From Myxococcota bacterium (GTDB taxonomy: Bacteria; Myxococcota_A; SURF-8), in contig CAXXQS010000001.1 in assembly GCA_963674735.2 (NCBI GenBank), positions 576,001 to 640,000 of the forward strand: 64,000 bases of DNA, given 5' to 3'. Positions 35,655 to 46,325 of this stretch are shown one piece after another; the stretch's first letter is position 1; every line of letters starts with the position of its first letter. Both the position numbers and the translations under genes were made by a program. Below the pieces are notes generated by a model, which searched no databases, was not told where the DNA came from, and saw only the letters and a list, made by a program, of their open reading frames with translations.

Positions 35655-36944
35655 TTAAAACGGTTCCAGCTCATCCGTACCGAAGGTTTCCGCGTAGGCT
35701 TTGCGCAACCCCATGCAGAGGTCTCTGTAGCTGCAATGGGCGCAGGCGCGCGCTTTGACGAAGTCATCACTCGACCCCAGGAGTTCGGCCGGGGCGGCGA
35801 GACCGATCAAGTCGGGCCGACCCGCAACGGAACAGAGGGGCGGGGCGCAGTTGGTGGCGAAGCCGTGGTGACGGACCAGGCTGCCTTTCAGAAGATCCAG
35901 CGATTCGATCAAGGGACGGCGCAATGCGGAAAGCCGTGGCAAAAAAAGCCGGTGAGCGGCGCGATTTTCCTCGATCGGCGCGGGAAAGGAGAACATCAGC
36001 GACAAACCGCGCCCGGCCTCTTGCGCTTCGGCGATGAGGAGGCGGGTCAGGTCGGGTAACGCCGCGAGGTTTTGGCGTGTCATCACCACATTGACACTCA
36101 ACCACAAGGGGGAACGTAAAACGTTGCGCAAACCGGCCAGGGTCTTGTCGAAGGCTCCGCGGACGCCCGTAATCTCGGCGTTCAAATCCTCGTTGTGAGC
36201 GTGCAGGCTCAGGAAAACGTGATCGAGTCTCGCTTCAACCAGGGGATCGAAAACGCGCGGGTCGGCCAGGCGCATGCCATTGGTCAACAGCATGGTGCTC
36301 AGCGCCCCGTGCTTTCGGGCGAGTCGTAGCAGGTCCGGCAGGTCGTCGCGCAAGGTGGGTTCGCCTCCCGAAAACGACAGGATGTGCAGGCCGCGTTCGG
36401 CCAGCCAGCGGATGGTGTTTTCGATGAGGGCCAGCGGCGGGTCTTGGCTTTCCCGGCGCGCCCAGCAAAATGGGCAGGCTTCGTTGCAGCGATACGTCAC
36501 CCGGATTTCGGCTTCGCGCAAGCGCCCGTTGGGCGTGGTAACCTCGTTGACCATGATGTAATCGCTCGATAGCCGGTCGGGGGCCGTGGGCGTGCTGAAC
36601 GCGGGTTGCGCCGTTTTCTTTTCGTTGGGCCGAGGTGCGGCAGGCTTGGTGCGCTGTGCGGAAGGAGTCGGCGCGGGAAGGATGGCCCGGCAGCCCGCCA
36701 GCACGAGGGCCTGTCGCAGTTTGGGGTGCGCCGACAAAACGGGACCGTCCTGCACGTCGATGCGAAGGGCTGGGGCGGTTTCTTTGGCCGCCTGTATCAG
36801 GCGCACGCAATCCAGCGCCTCGCGGGGCGTTTGCGGAACAAGCAGGAGGTCCGTTTTCCCCTCGGCTTGTGCAGTGGCGATTTGAGCGAGCGCCTTTTCA
36901 ATCGAGAAGGGCCGGGGCAGATTCATCGGGTGTATGGATGCCAT
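35655..36944 (-). CDS. Radical SAM protein with C-terminal Cys cluster
   Basis: CNEACPFC, FSGGEPT, TNG; CAHCSYRDLC. Confidence 0.85.
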   Translation of the reverse strand: MASIHPMNLPRPFSIEKALAQIATAQAEGKTDLLLVPQTPREALDCVRLIQAAKETAPALRIDVQDGPVLSAHPKLRQALVLAGCRAILPAPTPSAQRTKPAAPRPNEKKTAQPAFSTPTAPDRLSSDYIMVNEVTTPNGRLREAEIRVTYRCNEACPFCWARRESQDPPLALIENTIRWLAERGLHILSFSGGEPTLRDDLPDLLRLARKHGALSTMLLTNGMRLADPRVFDPLVEARLDHVFLSLHAHNEDLNAEITGVRGAFDKTLAGLRNVLRSPLWLSVNVVMTRQNLAALPDLTRLLIAEAQEAGRGLSLMFSFPAPIEENRAAHRLFLPRLSALRRPLIESLDLLKGSLVRHHGFATNCAPPLCSVAGRPDLIGLAAPAELLGSSDDFVKARACAHCSYRDLCMGLRKAYAETFGTDELEPF

Positions 36945-37037
36945 GGTGAAAATACAAACTCCACTTGGCAGTTCAATAGCTTCATCGCGATGATAGCTTA
37001 CCTGCGCCGCTTTGCCAAATGCGATTCGCCGGTTTTA

Positions 37038-38333
37038 TTATGAATGTTCGATTTCGTGCTCGTTGTTCTCTTGCTCGCACAGGCGACGCAGGGCGCCCGG
37101 ATAAATGGGAAAACGGTCGGCCAGGTCGAGTGTTTCCTCCCGAATCCCGCGCAGGATGGCCTTGTCCTCGGAGTGGGTGAGGGCGGTATCCATCAGGTGT
37201 GCCAGATGCCGCATCTCATTTTCCTTCAAACCGCGCGTGGTCATGGCCGGGGTGCCCAGGCGAATGCCGCTGGATTTGACGGGCGGGAGCGGGTCGAAGG
37301 GAATCTGGTTGTTGTTGACCGTGATCCCGACTTTGTCGAGAATGCGTGTGGCTGCGATGCCGGTCAAGCCGCGCTTGGCCACATCCACCACCACCAGATG
37401 GTTGTCGGTGCCGCCGGTTACGATGCGCCAATCCCGTTCTTTAAGCCCCTCCGCCAAAGCCTTGGCATTGGCCAGGATCTGGACCTGGTAGTCTTTGAAG
37501 TCGGGTTGCAGCGCTTCTTTGAACGCGACCGCTTTGGCCGCGATCACATGCATCAGAGGGCCGCCCTGCAAGCCGGGGAAAACGGCCGAATCGACGGCTT
37601 TCGCGTGTTCGGCTTTGCACATCAGCATGCCGCCGCGCGGACCGCGCAGGGTTTTATGCGTCGTGGTGGTGACGATGTCGCACAGGGGCACCGGGTCGGG
37701 GTGCAGACCGGCGGCGATGGGACCGGCGATGTGGGCGATATCGGCCATTAAAAGGGCTCCGACTTCGTCGGCGATTTCGCGAAAAGCCTCAAAATCGATG
37801 GTGCGCGGGTAACTGGAAGCGCCTACCACGATCAGGCGCGGGCGCGATTCGTGGGCGATGCGGCGCACTTCGGACATGTCGAGCATTTCCGTTTCGCGAT
37901 CGACGCCGTACGATACGATATCGAGGATTTTGCCCGAGAAATTGCGTTCGTGCCCATGCGACAAATGGCCGCCGTGGTCGAGACGCAACCCCATGACTTT
38001 GTCGCCGCCGGATAGAAACGAGAAATAAACCGCCATGTTGGCCTGGGAGCCCGAATGCGGTTGAACGTTGACGTGTTCGGCTCCGAACAGCTTTTTCGCC
38101 CGTTCGATGGCCAGTTCTTCGGCCGTGTCCACCCACTCGCAACCGCCGTAGTAGCGATGATGCGGATACCCTTCGGCGTATTTGTTGGTGAGCGCCGAGC
38201 CCTGGGCGTCCATGACGGCCGCCGAAACGTAGTTTTCGCTGGCGATCATTTCGATCTGGACGTGTTCACGGCGGATTTCGCGACGTACGGCTCGATAAAT
38301 TTCAGGATCCACCCGACGGAGTTCGTTCAGCAT
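37038..38333 (-). CDS. glyA: Serine hydroxymethyltransferase
   Basis: [28 protein letters not shown]. Confidence 0.97.
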   Translation of the reverse strand: MLNELRRVDPEIYRAVRREIRREHVQIEMIASENYVSAAVMDAQGSALTNKYAEGYPHHRYYGGCEWVDTAEELAIERAKKLFGAEHVNVQPHSGSQANMAVYFSFLSGGDKVMGLRLDHGGHLSHGHERNFSGKILDIVSYGVDRETEMLDMSEVRRIAHESRPRLIVVGASSYPRTIDFEAFREIADEVGALLMADIAHIAGPIAAGLHPDPVPLCDIVTTTTHKTLRGPRGGMLMCKAEHAKAVDSAVFPGLQGGPLMHVIAAKAVAFKEALQPDFKDYQVQILANAKALAEGLKERDWRIVTGGTDNHLVVVDVAKRGLTGIAATRILDKVGITVNNNQIPFDPLPPVKSSGIRLGTPAMTTRGLKENEMRHLAHLMDTALTHSEDKAILRGIREETLDLADRFPIYPGALRRLCEQENNEHEIEHS

Positions 38334-38425
38334 GTAACTTCCTTTGCCATAGAATTTCGGTTACGAAAACAAGCTGGACGATCCGGTTTCCCGATCAGTC
38401 GGGCGGCCGGGCCCGGCTTGCGGGA

Positions 38426-38911
38426 TCAGTCGTCGTAGAAATTGAATTCCTGGGTTTCCAGGATGTTTTTCGGACTATCGAGATATTTGATCAGTCCGGC
38501 TATCAGTTTGTAGTGTTTATCCTCTTCTTTTACCAAAAGCGCCAGAATTTCTTGCGCTTTGGGATCGAATTGACGTACAGCCTCGTTTTGATAGTGGTTT
38601 CGAGCGCGCTCTTCAAACTGCAAAGCCGCATGCAAAACCTCCAGCAGGCCCACTTCGTTCGATAAAAAGTCGATATCGTTCATCGCGGCGCTTTTCAGGA
38701 TATCTTTGACTCGCGTCATCGACGAGGAAAGCGTCAGATTGTCGAGCACGCCATCACGGATCTGCTCCAGCAAGGTGGCGTGGTCGAGTTCGTCCTGCGC
38801 CAGGTTTTCAAGAATGTTGCGTACGCCGGGGTCTTTCGCCAGAGCCGCCTTTTCCTTGTAAAATTCGTGGCCTTTATACTCGAATTCGATCGCTTCTTCC
38901 AGAATATTCAT
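38426..38911 (-). CDS. Ferritin-like / rubrerythrin family protein
   Basis: Two E...ExxH repeats (AQDELDH, KEEDKH). Confidence 0.85.
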   Translation of the reverse strand: MNILEEAIEFEYKGHEFYKEKAALAKDPGVRNILENLAQDELDHATLLEQIRDGVLDNLTLSSSMTRVKDILKSAAMNDIDFLSNEVGLLEVLHAALQFEERARNHYQNEAVRQFDPKAQEILALLVKEEDKHYKLIAGLIKYLDSPKNILETQEFNFYDD

Positions 38912-39319
38912 GGTCGGCTCCTCAATGGTCATGGGGTTTGCATTTGCAAGACTGCTCACGCTGTTCCGGTTTATAAATGCAACGATAACCGTTTCATTCG
39001 ATACCGGCAAGTGAAAAGGGTTGATTCTTGCATTTACGCGGTAAGATCGTCCGCTTGCCGGAAATCATCCCGAAAAGCCGAAAAAAACCGCCGACCGTAA
39101 AAACAAGACGTCTTCATACCGACATTTTCTTGACAAAGCGGTAAAGATATTGTTGACTCGGAAAGACGCGATTTTTCTGACGAATCGAAAAATTATACCC
39201 CGAGCCCGTGGCTTCAACAAACACGCGGAGGGGAGTGGGATCGGCGTACACGGTGGCGTATCTGCGCATACCGGTTCACACCGCTTGGTTGCGATGTTCT
39301 TGTAGGAAGAGGAGGCACT

Positions 39320-41098
39320 ATGGCCCAGCACAGCCCATATCATGTTGATGAAGCGAAACCTTGGTTTACCACCGAAGCCGGATGGCCCGATGAAGTACCC
39401 AAGAATATGGATTTCCCCGATATTTCGCTCAGCGATATGCTACGCGAATCCGCTCGTAAATGGCCGAACAACAACGTTGCCTGGTTCCTCGATACCTTCA
39501 TGACGTTCAAGGAGCTGGATGATTATGTGGATCATTACGCCTCGGCCTTGCACCAGTTGGGTGTGAAAAAGGGCGAGGTGGTCTGTTTGTTGCTGCCCAA
39601 CAGTTTGCAGTATTTAGTCGGTTATTATGCCTGTATGCGTCTGGGCGCCATCGCCTCCGGTGTCAATCCGACCTACAAGCCGATGGAGATTCTGCATCAG
39701 CTCAAAACGCTGGATGGACATTATCTGCTGGTGCTGGATGCCCTGTATGAACCGGCCATCGCCCCGATTATCGGGCAGTCGCCGATCAAAAAGGTGATGG
39801 TCACCAATATCACCGACCTGCTCAAGATGTCGGGGCTCAAAAAGATGCTGGGTAAAATGCTGGGCAAGATTCCCAGCGGTCCGACCCCGCCGGACGCCTT
39901 GAATTTCAAAGAAATGCTGAAAACGCCCGTCGATCTGCCGCAGGTGGACGTGAAGGGAGACGACGTCGCCACCTACATCATGACCGGCGGAACGACCGGC
40001 GTGCCCAAGGCGGCGATTCTGAGTCATTTCAACTGTGTATCGAATGCGTTGCAGGCGGAGAAGTGGCTGTTCAAAGTTCGTCCCGGCGGTTGTAACGTCG
40101 GCGTGCTGCCGCTTTTCCACAGTTTTGCCATGACCTGCGTGATGAATATCACCATTCGTGTCGGGGCCTGGATGATGCTGTTCCCGCGTCCGCCCGAGAC
40201 GGAAGAACTGATCGAGCGCATTACCACCCTCGGCGTCGACGATCACACCATGTATTGCGGAGCGGAAATTCTGTTCCAGCGTATGGCGGAGCATCCCGGC
40301 GTGCAAGATAGTGGAATCAACAAGAAACTGGCCTTGTGCGTCTCCGGTGCGGGACCACTGCATCGGCCGGTGCAAAAGGCTTTCGAGGACAAAACCGGAG
40401 GGCGTCTGGCGGAAGGATTCGGCCTCACCGAGTCGTCTCCGGTTGTGTCGGCGCATCCCTTCTGGGGCAATCGCGTGATCGGTTCCATCGGCTTGCCGTT
40501 CCCCGGCACCGACTGGCTGATCATGGATTCCGACAACTTCGGGACGGAGCGGGTTCCCTGCCCGGACGGCGTCGAGCCCGACCAGGAAACGCATATGGGC
40601 GAGCTCTGCGTGGCGGGTCCGCAGGTGATGGTGGGCTATTTGAATCGCCCGGAAGAGACGGCCGATACGATCATGGAATACAACGGGAAACGCTGGCTGC
40701 GTACCGGCGATATCGGTTTCATGGACGAAAAAGGGCGTGTCTATATCCGCGACCGCAAAAAGCAGTTGATCAAATACAAGGGCTACTCGGTCTTCCCCAA
40801 GGAAGTGGAGGAATTGGTCGGCCAGCACGAATGTGCGCGTGAAGTCGCGGTGGCGGGGTTGCCGAGCCACGATACCGGTGAGCGCATCAAAGCCTGGGTG
40901 GTTCTGAACGAGAACTTCAAAGGCAAGATCACCGAGGAAGACCTGATGGTATGGTGCAAGGAAAACATGACCCACTACAAGGTTCCGAGTTTTATCGAGT
41001 TTATCGATGAACTGCCCAAGACCCTGGTGGGCAAGGTGTTGCGCCGTGAACTCCAGGAAAACGATCCGATCTACCAGGAGTATCACAAAACGAAATAA
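39320..41098 (+). CDS. Long-chain fatty acid-CoA ligase (AMP-binding)
   Basis: MTGGTTGVPK, EGFGLTE, RTGDIG, LPKTLVGK. Confidence 0.93.
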   Translation: MAQHSPYHVDEAKPWFTTEAGWPDEVPKNMDFPDISLSDMLRESARKWPNNNVAWFLDTFMTFKELDDYVDHYASALHQLGVKKGEVVCLLLPNSLQYLVGYYACMRLGAIASGVNPTYKPMEILHQLKTLDGHYLLVLDALYEPAIAPIIGQSPIKKVMVTNITDLLKMSGLKKMLGKMLGKIPSGPTPPDALNFKEMLKTPVDLPQVDVKGDDVATYIMTGGTTGVPKAAILSHFNCVSNALQAEKWLFKVRPGGCNVGVLPLFHSFAMTCVMNITIRVGAWMMLFPRPPETEELIERITTLGVDDHTMYCGAEILFQRMAEHPGVQDSGINKKLALCVSGAGPLHRPVQKAFEDKTGGRLAEGFGLTESSPVVSAHPFWGNRVIGSIGLPFPGTDWLIMDSDNFGTERVPCPDGVEPDQETHMGELCVAGPQVMVGYLNRPEETADTIMEYNGKRWLRTGDIGFMDEKGRVYIRDRKKQLIKYKGYSVFPKEVEELVGQHECAREVAVAGLPSHDTGERIKAWVVLNENFKGKITEEDLMVWCKENMTHYKVPSFIEFIDELPKTLVGKVLRRELQENDPIYQEYHKTK

Positions 41099-41121
41099 GG
41101 CTCGGCCGTTTTGTCATCACG

Positions 41122-41145
41122 AACCCCGCTGCGGCGGGGTTTTTT
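41122..41145 (+). terminator. Intrinsic terminator
   Basis: AACCCCGC-TGCG-GCGGGGTT followed by a T run. Confidence 0.8.
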
Positions 41146-41155
41146 CGTGCTCCGC

Positions 41156-41228
41156 CGTCATTCCCGCGAAAGCGGGAATCCATCGTCCTATGAGCAGCCT
41201 GGATCCACGCGTGCGTGGGGTTGACGAT
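41156..41228. repeat. REP-like palindromic doublet (GTCATTCCCGCGAAAGCGGGAATCCA type)
   Basis: Canonical unit at 41157-41182 and a degenerate inverse copy CTGGATCCACGCGTGCGTGGGGTTGACG. Confidence 0.75.
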
Positions 41229-41354
41229 CTATCGCGTGTCGCCGCATGTAAATGAATTGTTCTTGAGGTTAGAGCAGGTCTCTGACCTGCTCTTTAGAGG
41301 GAAAGGAGCCCGTCGCAGCCGCGTTCCAACACAGGAACTTCCCGAACCTGTTTT

Positions 41355-42194
41355 CTATTCTATGTCTCGAGCACAGCGGAAACCAACCTGAATCTCATCG
41401 GTATTGCGGGAAGTATAATCTCTATTTGGTATCGCAATATCCCAATATGTGCTGGCCGCCTTCCCGCCTCGAAGAATCGCGGCTATGTGATTATCAAAAT
41501 AGGGAAAATTTGAACAACTTTCCGTCCAGGCGCTGCCATCTACCGGAGCATCGTCATTCGAATAATGCCCGCAGTCCTCTACCCATTCAGCCACATTACC
41601 TAAAACATCGTAAAGACCAAAATCGTTCGGCTGCTTCTGACTCACAAGCTGTACAGAGCCTCCGCCGCTTTCCGCAAACCAAGCGATGTCGAACAAACAG
41701 CAGTCCTCAATCTCCACATCTTTTCCGCAAATCTCATCGCCGCAATAATAGATGCCTTCCGTTCCGGCATGGGCGGCGTATTCCCACTCGGCGTCGCTGG
41801 GCAATCGGCCACCGACGGCTTCACAGAAGGCGCGGGCCTCATGCCAGGATACCGGATGAACCGGGCAATCGCGACAATCTCGGCTTGTTCCCGCCAAAGG
41901 ATTTGTACCGATAACGGCTTTGTACTGTGCTTGCGTAACCTCAGTTGCCATCATCTCGAAAAGCGGGATGGAGACCGTCCGTTGCGGGTATTCATATGTT
42001 CCACATGTCCAGAATGAGCAAAAGGAATCAAAACAAGATTCTAAGGATTCACATCCCATAGTAAAAAAACCCGCCGGAATGGATACCCAACCCAAATCCG
42101 GATCGGATTCCGAATCGCAGGCGATGAGAGCCGGCAGCAGCAAGAGCAACAGCCCACAAGCGCGCAACAGACGCATTCGGCGACTAAGGTGCAT
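41355..42194 (-). CDS. FGE-sulfatase (SUMF1-like) domain lipoprotein
   Basis: LIAC lipobox; FTMG, TEVT, RLPSDAEWEYAA, NDFGLYDVLGNVAEW, GFRC. Confidence 0.9.
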   Translation of the reverse strand: MHLSRRMRLLRACGLLLLLLPALIACDSESDPDLGWVSIPAGFFTMGCESLESCFDSFCSFWTCGTYEYPQRTVSIPLFEMMATEVTQAQYKAVIGTNPLAGTSRDCRDCPVHPVSWHEARAFCEAVGGRLPSDAEWEYAAHAGTEGIYYCGDEICGKDVEIEDCCLFDIAWFAESGGGSVQLVSQKQPNDFGLYDVLGNVAEWVEDCGHYSNDDAPVDGSAWTESCSNFPYFDNHIAAILRGGKAASTYWDIAIPNRDYTSRNTDEIQVGFRCARDIE

Positions 42195-42589
42195 AAAAAT
42201 CCCTTCCCAAGCTGAGAGATGATCGATTCGGTGGCGAGTGAAATGACTCTAGCATGCAGGCTTGAACGAATCAAGCTCTATGTGGCTCAGGTGTGTGGCA
42301 AGGGTGCATCACAGGAGGTTGCCATTTCCGAGCCCCTCCAGGTCCGCTTATCCCGAGTGATGCCCGTGGGGCATTGGATCGAGGGATCGGGTTTCAAAAC
42401 CGCGTGGTTCGATACCATTTGTTCCGCCAATCACTCATCATGAGCGGTTTTCACGGTCAATCGCCATATTTTGAGATGCACCCGTGTGACATGCCGGGGC
42501 CGAAACGGGATTTGAGAGGGAAATGGTGTGGCGCTCCCAAAATGCACGAGCCGTTTGCGCCTGCAGGCGCTTTCGGCTAAGATCGCCGC

Positions 42590-44455
42590 ATGAAACGCTT
42601 ACGTCACCTACCTGCGACTCCTGAAGACCTGCGCCAGCGGGGCTGGACGCGCGTCGATATTCTGCTGATTTCCGGCGATGCCTACGTCGATCATCCGTCG
42701 TTTCCGGCGGCGCTGCTGGGCCGTTGGCTGGAATCCGCCGGGTTTCGGGTGGGAATTCTGGCGCGGCCGGATTTGTCCGACCCGCAGGCCTTGACGCAAC
42801 TGGGGCGCCCGCGTCTGTTCGCCGGGGTGACGGCCGGGGCGCTCGATTCCATGGTGGCCAACTATACCGCCGCCAAAAAACGGCGACGCGACGATCCGTA
42901 TGCGCCGGGCGGCATGGCCGGGGGACGTCCCGATCGGGCGGTCACGGCCTATGGAAATGCGTTGCGGCGTGCTTTCGGCAAGCGCGTGTTGGTGGTGGCC
43001 GGAGGCATCGAAGCGAGTCTACGGCGTTTTGCGCACTACGATTACTGGGCCGACGCGGTCCGGCGGCCGCTTCTGATGGACTGCGGCGCGGATCTCATCG
43101 TGCACGGCATGGGCGAGGGACCGGCGTTGGAATTGGCGCGTACACTCGCGGCCTGGCTCGCCGATCATCCCGAAGTCGATGCCGCCGCCGAGGCGGGACG
43201 CGCGTTGCCGTTGGCGGAAATGGTGGAAACCTGCCGCGCGATCGACGGCCTGGTCTGGCGCACGGCGGCCAGAAATCCTGTCCCGGAAGACGCGATCGAG
43301 CTGCCCTCCGCGGAAGAGGTCGCCGCCGATGCGAAGGCACATATAACCGCCTATATGCTACAGGAACAAAACAGAACGAAAACCCTGACGCAGCGGGCCG
43401 GGGGCATGCGCGTGGTGGCCAATCCGCCCTGGAAAACCTTGGATGGCCCCGCGCTCGACCGCGTGTACGACCTCGCCTTCACGCGTCGTCCCCATCCGAT
43501 GTACGGTGCCAAAATCATTCCGGCGCTGGCCACGGTGGAGCACGCCGTCACCGCGCATCGCGGGTGTTTCGGCGGCTGTGCGTTTTGCGCAATCGGGGTG
43601 CATCAAGGCAAAACCATCGGAAGCCGCGGCGAGGCCTCGATCCTGCGCGAAATCAACGCCATCGCGAAATCGCCCGGATTTCACGGGACGATCAGCGACA
43701 TCGGCGGACCGACCGCGAACATGTACGGGCTGTCGTGCGGCAGGAAAGAGCCATGCGAGCGCCCCTCTTGTTTATGGCCGAAACGCTGTCCACATCTGCA
43801 AACCGACCAGAGCCGCTATCGCAAGCTTTTAGCGCGGGCCTCGAAAATCGAGGGTGTGAAACACGTGTTCGTTCAATCCGGGATTCGCATGGATCTGGCG
43901 CTTTTGGATGACGGCCTGATTGCGGATCTGGCTTTTCGTCACACCAGCGGGCACCTGAAAGTCGCGCCTGAGCATGTCGTGCCGCATGTGTTGAAAACAA
44001 TGCGTAAGCCGCCCGCCGACGATTTCGACGGATTCCTGGCGCGCCATCGGCATTTATCCAAAGCGGCGCAACGGCGCCAGAACATCGTCCCCTATCTCAT
44101 CGCCGCGCATCCCGGTTGCCGCATGGAAGACATGGCCGAACTGGCGGTATACCTCAAGCGACGAAACGTAAAAGTCGAGCAATGTCAGGTCTTTACGCCG
44201 ACTCCCGGCACGGCGGCCACCGTCATGTACGCCACCGGGCTCGATCCGGCAAGCGGCAAGCCGGTGTACGTGGAACGCGATGCGGTGAAAAAACGCCTGC
44301 AAAAATCCCTGATTCTTTATCATTTGCCGGAAAACGATGCCGACCTGCGGCGGGCGTTGAAAGTGGCGCGGCGTCCCGATCTGGCCGACGAATTGCTCGC
44401 CCGACAGGTGTCTCCCTCCTCCCGGCCGCCTGTGCCGAGACGGCGACGAAAGTAG
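42590..44455 (+). CDS. ygiQ: YgiQ / UPF0313 radical SAM protein
   Basis: GDAYVDHPSF, GGIEASLRR, HRGCFGGCAFC, DIGGPTANMY. Confidence 0.9.
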   Translation: MKRLRHLPATPEDLRQRGWTRVDILLISGDAYVDHPSFPAALLGRWLESAGFRVGILARPDLSDPQALTQLGRPRLFAGVTAGALDSMVANYTAAKKRRRDDPYAPGGMAGGRPDRAVTAYGNALRRAFGKRVLVVAGGIEASLRRFAHYDYWADAVRRPLLMDCGADLIVHGMGEGPALELARTLAAWLADHPEVDAAAEAGRALPLAEMVETCRAIDGLVWRTAARNPVPEDAIELPSAEEVAADAKAHITAYMLQEQNRTKTLTQRAGGMRVVANPPWKTLDGPALDRVYDLAFTRRPHPMYGAKIIPALATVEHAVTAHRGCFGGCAFCAIGVHQGKTIGSRGEASILREINAIAKSPGFHGTISDIGGPTANMYGLSCGRKEPCERPSCLWPKRCPHLQTDQSRYRKLLARASKIEGVKHVFVQSGIRMDLALLDDGLIADLAFRHTSGHLKVAPEHVVPHVLKTMRKPPADDFDGFLARHRHLSKAAQRRQNIVPYLIAAHPGCRMEDMAELAVYLKRRNVKVEQCQVFTPTPGTAATVMYATGLDPASGKPVYVERDAVKKRLQKSLILYHLPENDADLRRALKVARRPDLADELLARQVSPSSRPPVPRRRRK

Positions 44456-45266
44456 CTTCCAGCCGCTTCCGGACACGGAGTGGTTTTTCGCTCGCTGTGC
44501 GGTTTATTGGGCGCGAAACCGGTCGATAAAGTTCCGGCAGGAAGGAATCCCACGGAAAAACTATACTTGCCGTAATATGTCACACCTTTTGGCGTGGTTT
44601 TGCGGCTGGACGAAAACGGATGCGCTGGCACGCCGCCATGGGACCGAGACGAGAGCGCGTTAGGGCCCGCCAATTAAACCAAAAATCATTTGGAACGAAA
44701 GTGGGACGGCATTCGGAAATGACTAGAAAGCATACAAGCGAATGGGAAAAAAAGCAAAAAAGGATATAGACAATAGAATATAATAAGTAGATAAGTTAGT
44801 CCATCCAAAGTGCATGGTGTAGGTGTTTGAAAAGACACGTGAATTCGGGATATGCGCGAAAGTCCGGCGAGACGGGCTGAACGGGGGGCGGCAAAGAAAC
44901 GAAAAGACTTGCGATATCAACAGGATAACGTGTCGATACGCAAACCCGTGTGCGTGGACGTCTGGGATGGCGGCAGGTTGAATACGCTCGTGATATCAAG
45001 GCGATAGCCTCTGGCTTCTGCCGCAGAAGATCCGGTTTCGCTTTCGATCCGACTCACGCCGGACCGCGAGTCAAAATCGTATCCATAATCATTCACGCCG
45101 CGACTGTGCCAACCGGTTATGAGGGCCGCTATCGAGCGGTTTCCGAGAACCCGAGCGCGGCGGTGATGAAATACGGGTCGGACTTGCGCCGAAACGCAAA
45201 ATCGGCTATAAGGCGGCAACGATCGATGACATGAACCGATTACGATGACTAACATAGGAGACACAC

Positions 45267-45695
45267 ATGGAACGCACATTCGGGATCGTCAAACCGGACG
45301 CGGTGGCGGCGGGCAACACCGGAGCCATCTTGAGCATGATCGAGAAAAAGGGCCTCAAAGTCGTGGCGATGAAACTGATTCATCTCACCAAAGATCAGGC
45401 CGCCGGTTTTTACGCCGTCCACAAGAAACGACCTTTTTTCAAAAGCCTGCTCAAATACATGACCTCCGGCCCGGTGGTGGTGATGTGCATGGAAGGCGAC
45501 AATGCCGTTGAAACCTGGCGCAAATTGATGGGCCCCACCGATTCGAAAAAAGCCGGACCCCGCACCATTCGCGGCAAATTCGGAACCGACATCGAAGCCA
45601 ACGCCTGTCACGGTTCCGACGCGACCGAGACGGCCGCCTTCGAATTGGGCTACTTCTTCAACGCCTTCGAATACGTCGTACCCGGCCGCAAATAA
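45267..45695 (+). CDS. ndk: Nucleoside diphosphate kinase
   Basis: ERTFGIVKPD, TSGPVV, TIRG, NACHGSD. Confidence 0.95.
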   Translation: MERTFGIVKPDAVAAGNTGAILSMIEKKGLKVVAMKLIHLTKDQAAGFYAVHKKRPFFKSLLKYMTSGPVVVMCMEGDNAVETWRKLMGPTDSKKAGPRTIRGKFGTDIEANACHGSDATETAAFELGYFFNAFEYVVPGRK

Positions 45696-45716
45696 GGGTA
45701 TAAAAAAGGAGTCAAC

Positions 45717-46259
45717 ATGGCCGCCGAACGCACCTTTGCCATGGTCAAGCCCGACGGCGTCGCGCGCGGGCTCGTGGGCGAAATCGTCCAGCGCTTCGAA
45801 CGCGCGGGGCTCGTCATCGAGAACATGCGCCTGTTTCACGCCACCGTCGACCTCATCGACCGCCATTATCCAAGCGACGAAGGCTGGCTGAGCAGCGTGG
45901 GCGAAAAGACGCGCGAAGCCTACCAGCGCGACGGGCTCGACATCGTCGCCACCTTCGGCACCGACGATCCGGTGGGTATCGGGCGCGTGGTGAAAAGCTG
46001 GCTCGGCGCGTATATGACTTCCGGTCCGGTGATCGGCTTCGTGCTTTCGGGCAATCGCGCCGTCGAACAGGTGCGCAAAATCGTGGGGCACACGTTTCCC
46101 AGCGCCGCCGCGCCCGGCACGATTCGCGGGGATTATTCCACCGACTCGCCCGAGGAAGCCAACGCCGAGGCGCGCTCGATCCAAAACCTGATTCACGCAT
46201 CGGGCAGCGTCGACGAAGCCGAGACCGAGATCGCGTTGTGGTTCGGAGCGGATCAATAA
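45717..46259 (+). CDS. ndk: Second nucleoside diphosphate kinase, long-insert type
   Basis: ERTFAMVKPD, insert after HYP, PGTIRGDY, NLIHAS. Confidence 0.9.
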   Translation: MAAERTFAMVKPDGVARGLVGEIVQRFERAGLVIENMRLFHATVDLIDRHYPSDEGWLSSVGEKTREAYQRDGLDIVATFGTDDPVGIGRVVKSWLGAYMTSGPVIGFVLSGNRAVEQVRKIVGHTFPSAAAPGTIRGDYSTDSPEEANAEARSIQNLIHASGSVDEAETEIALWFGADQ

Positions 46260-46284
46260 GCGGATATATAACCAGTGCAGCATG

Positions 46285-46316
46285 AAGGGCGGGTTTGCGG
46301 GCTCGCCTTTTTTATT
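46285..46316 (+). terminator. Intrinsic terminator
   Basis: AAGGGCGGG...CTCGCCTTT followed by a T run. Confidence 0.7.
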
Positions 46317-46325
46317 GGTGTGACG

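Noticed and set aside
38334-38425. ZMP/ZTP or glycine riboswitch before glyA
   Set aside because: A GAAA-capped hairpin is present, but the conserved riboswitch motifs are not recognisable and the space is short
44845-44900. RNase P RNA (GAAAGTCCGG match)
   Set aside because: Lacks the GAGGAAAGUCC context and the conserved 3' ACAGAA...GGCUUA segment
3012-46259. Functional link between viperin and the tandem NDKs
   Set aside because: They are over 40 kb apart and on opposite sides of the island boundary; no sequence evidence of linkage
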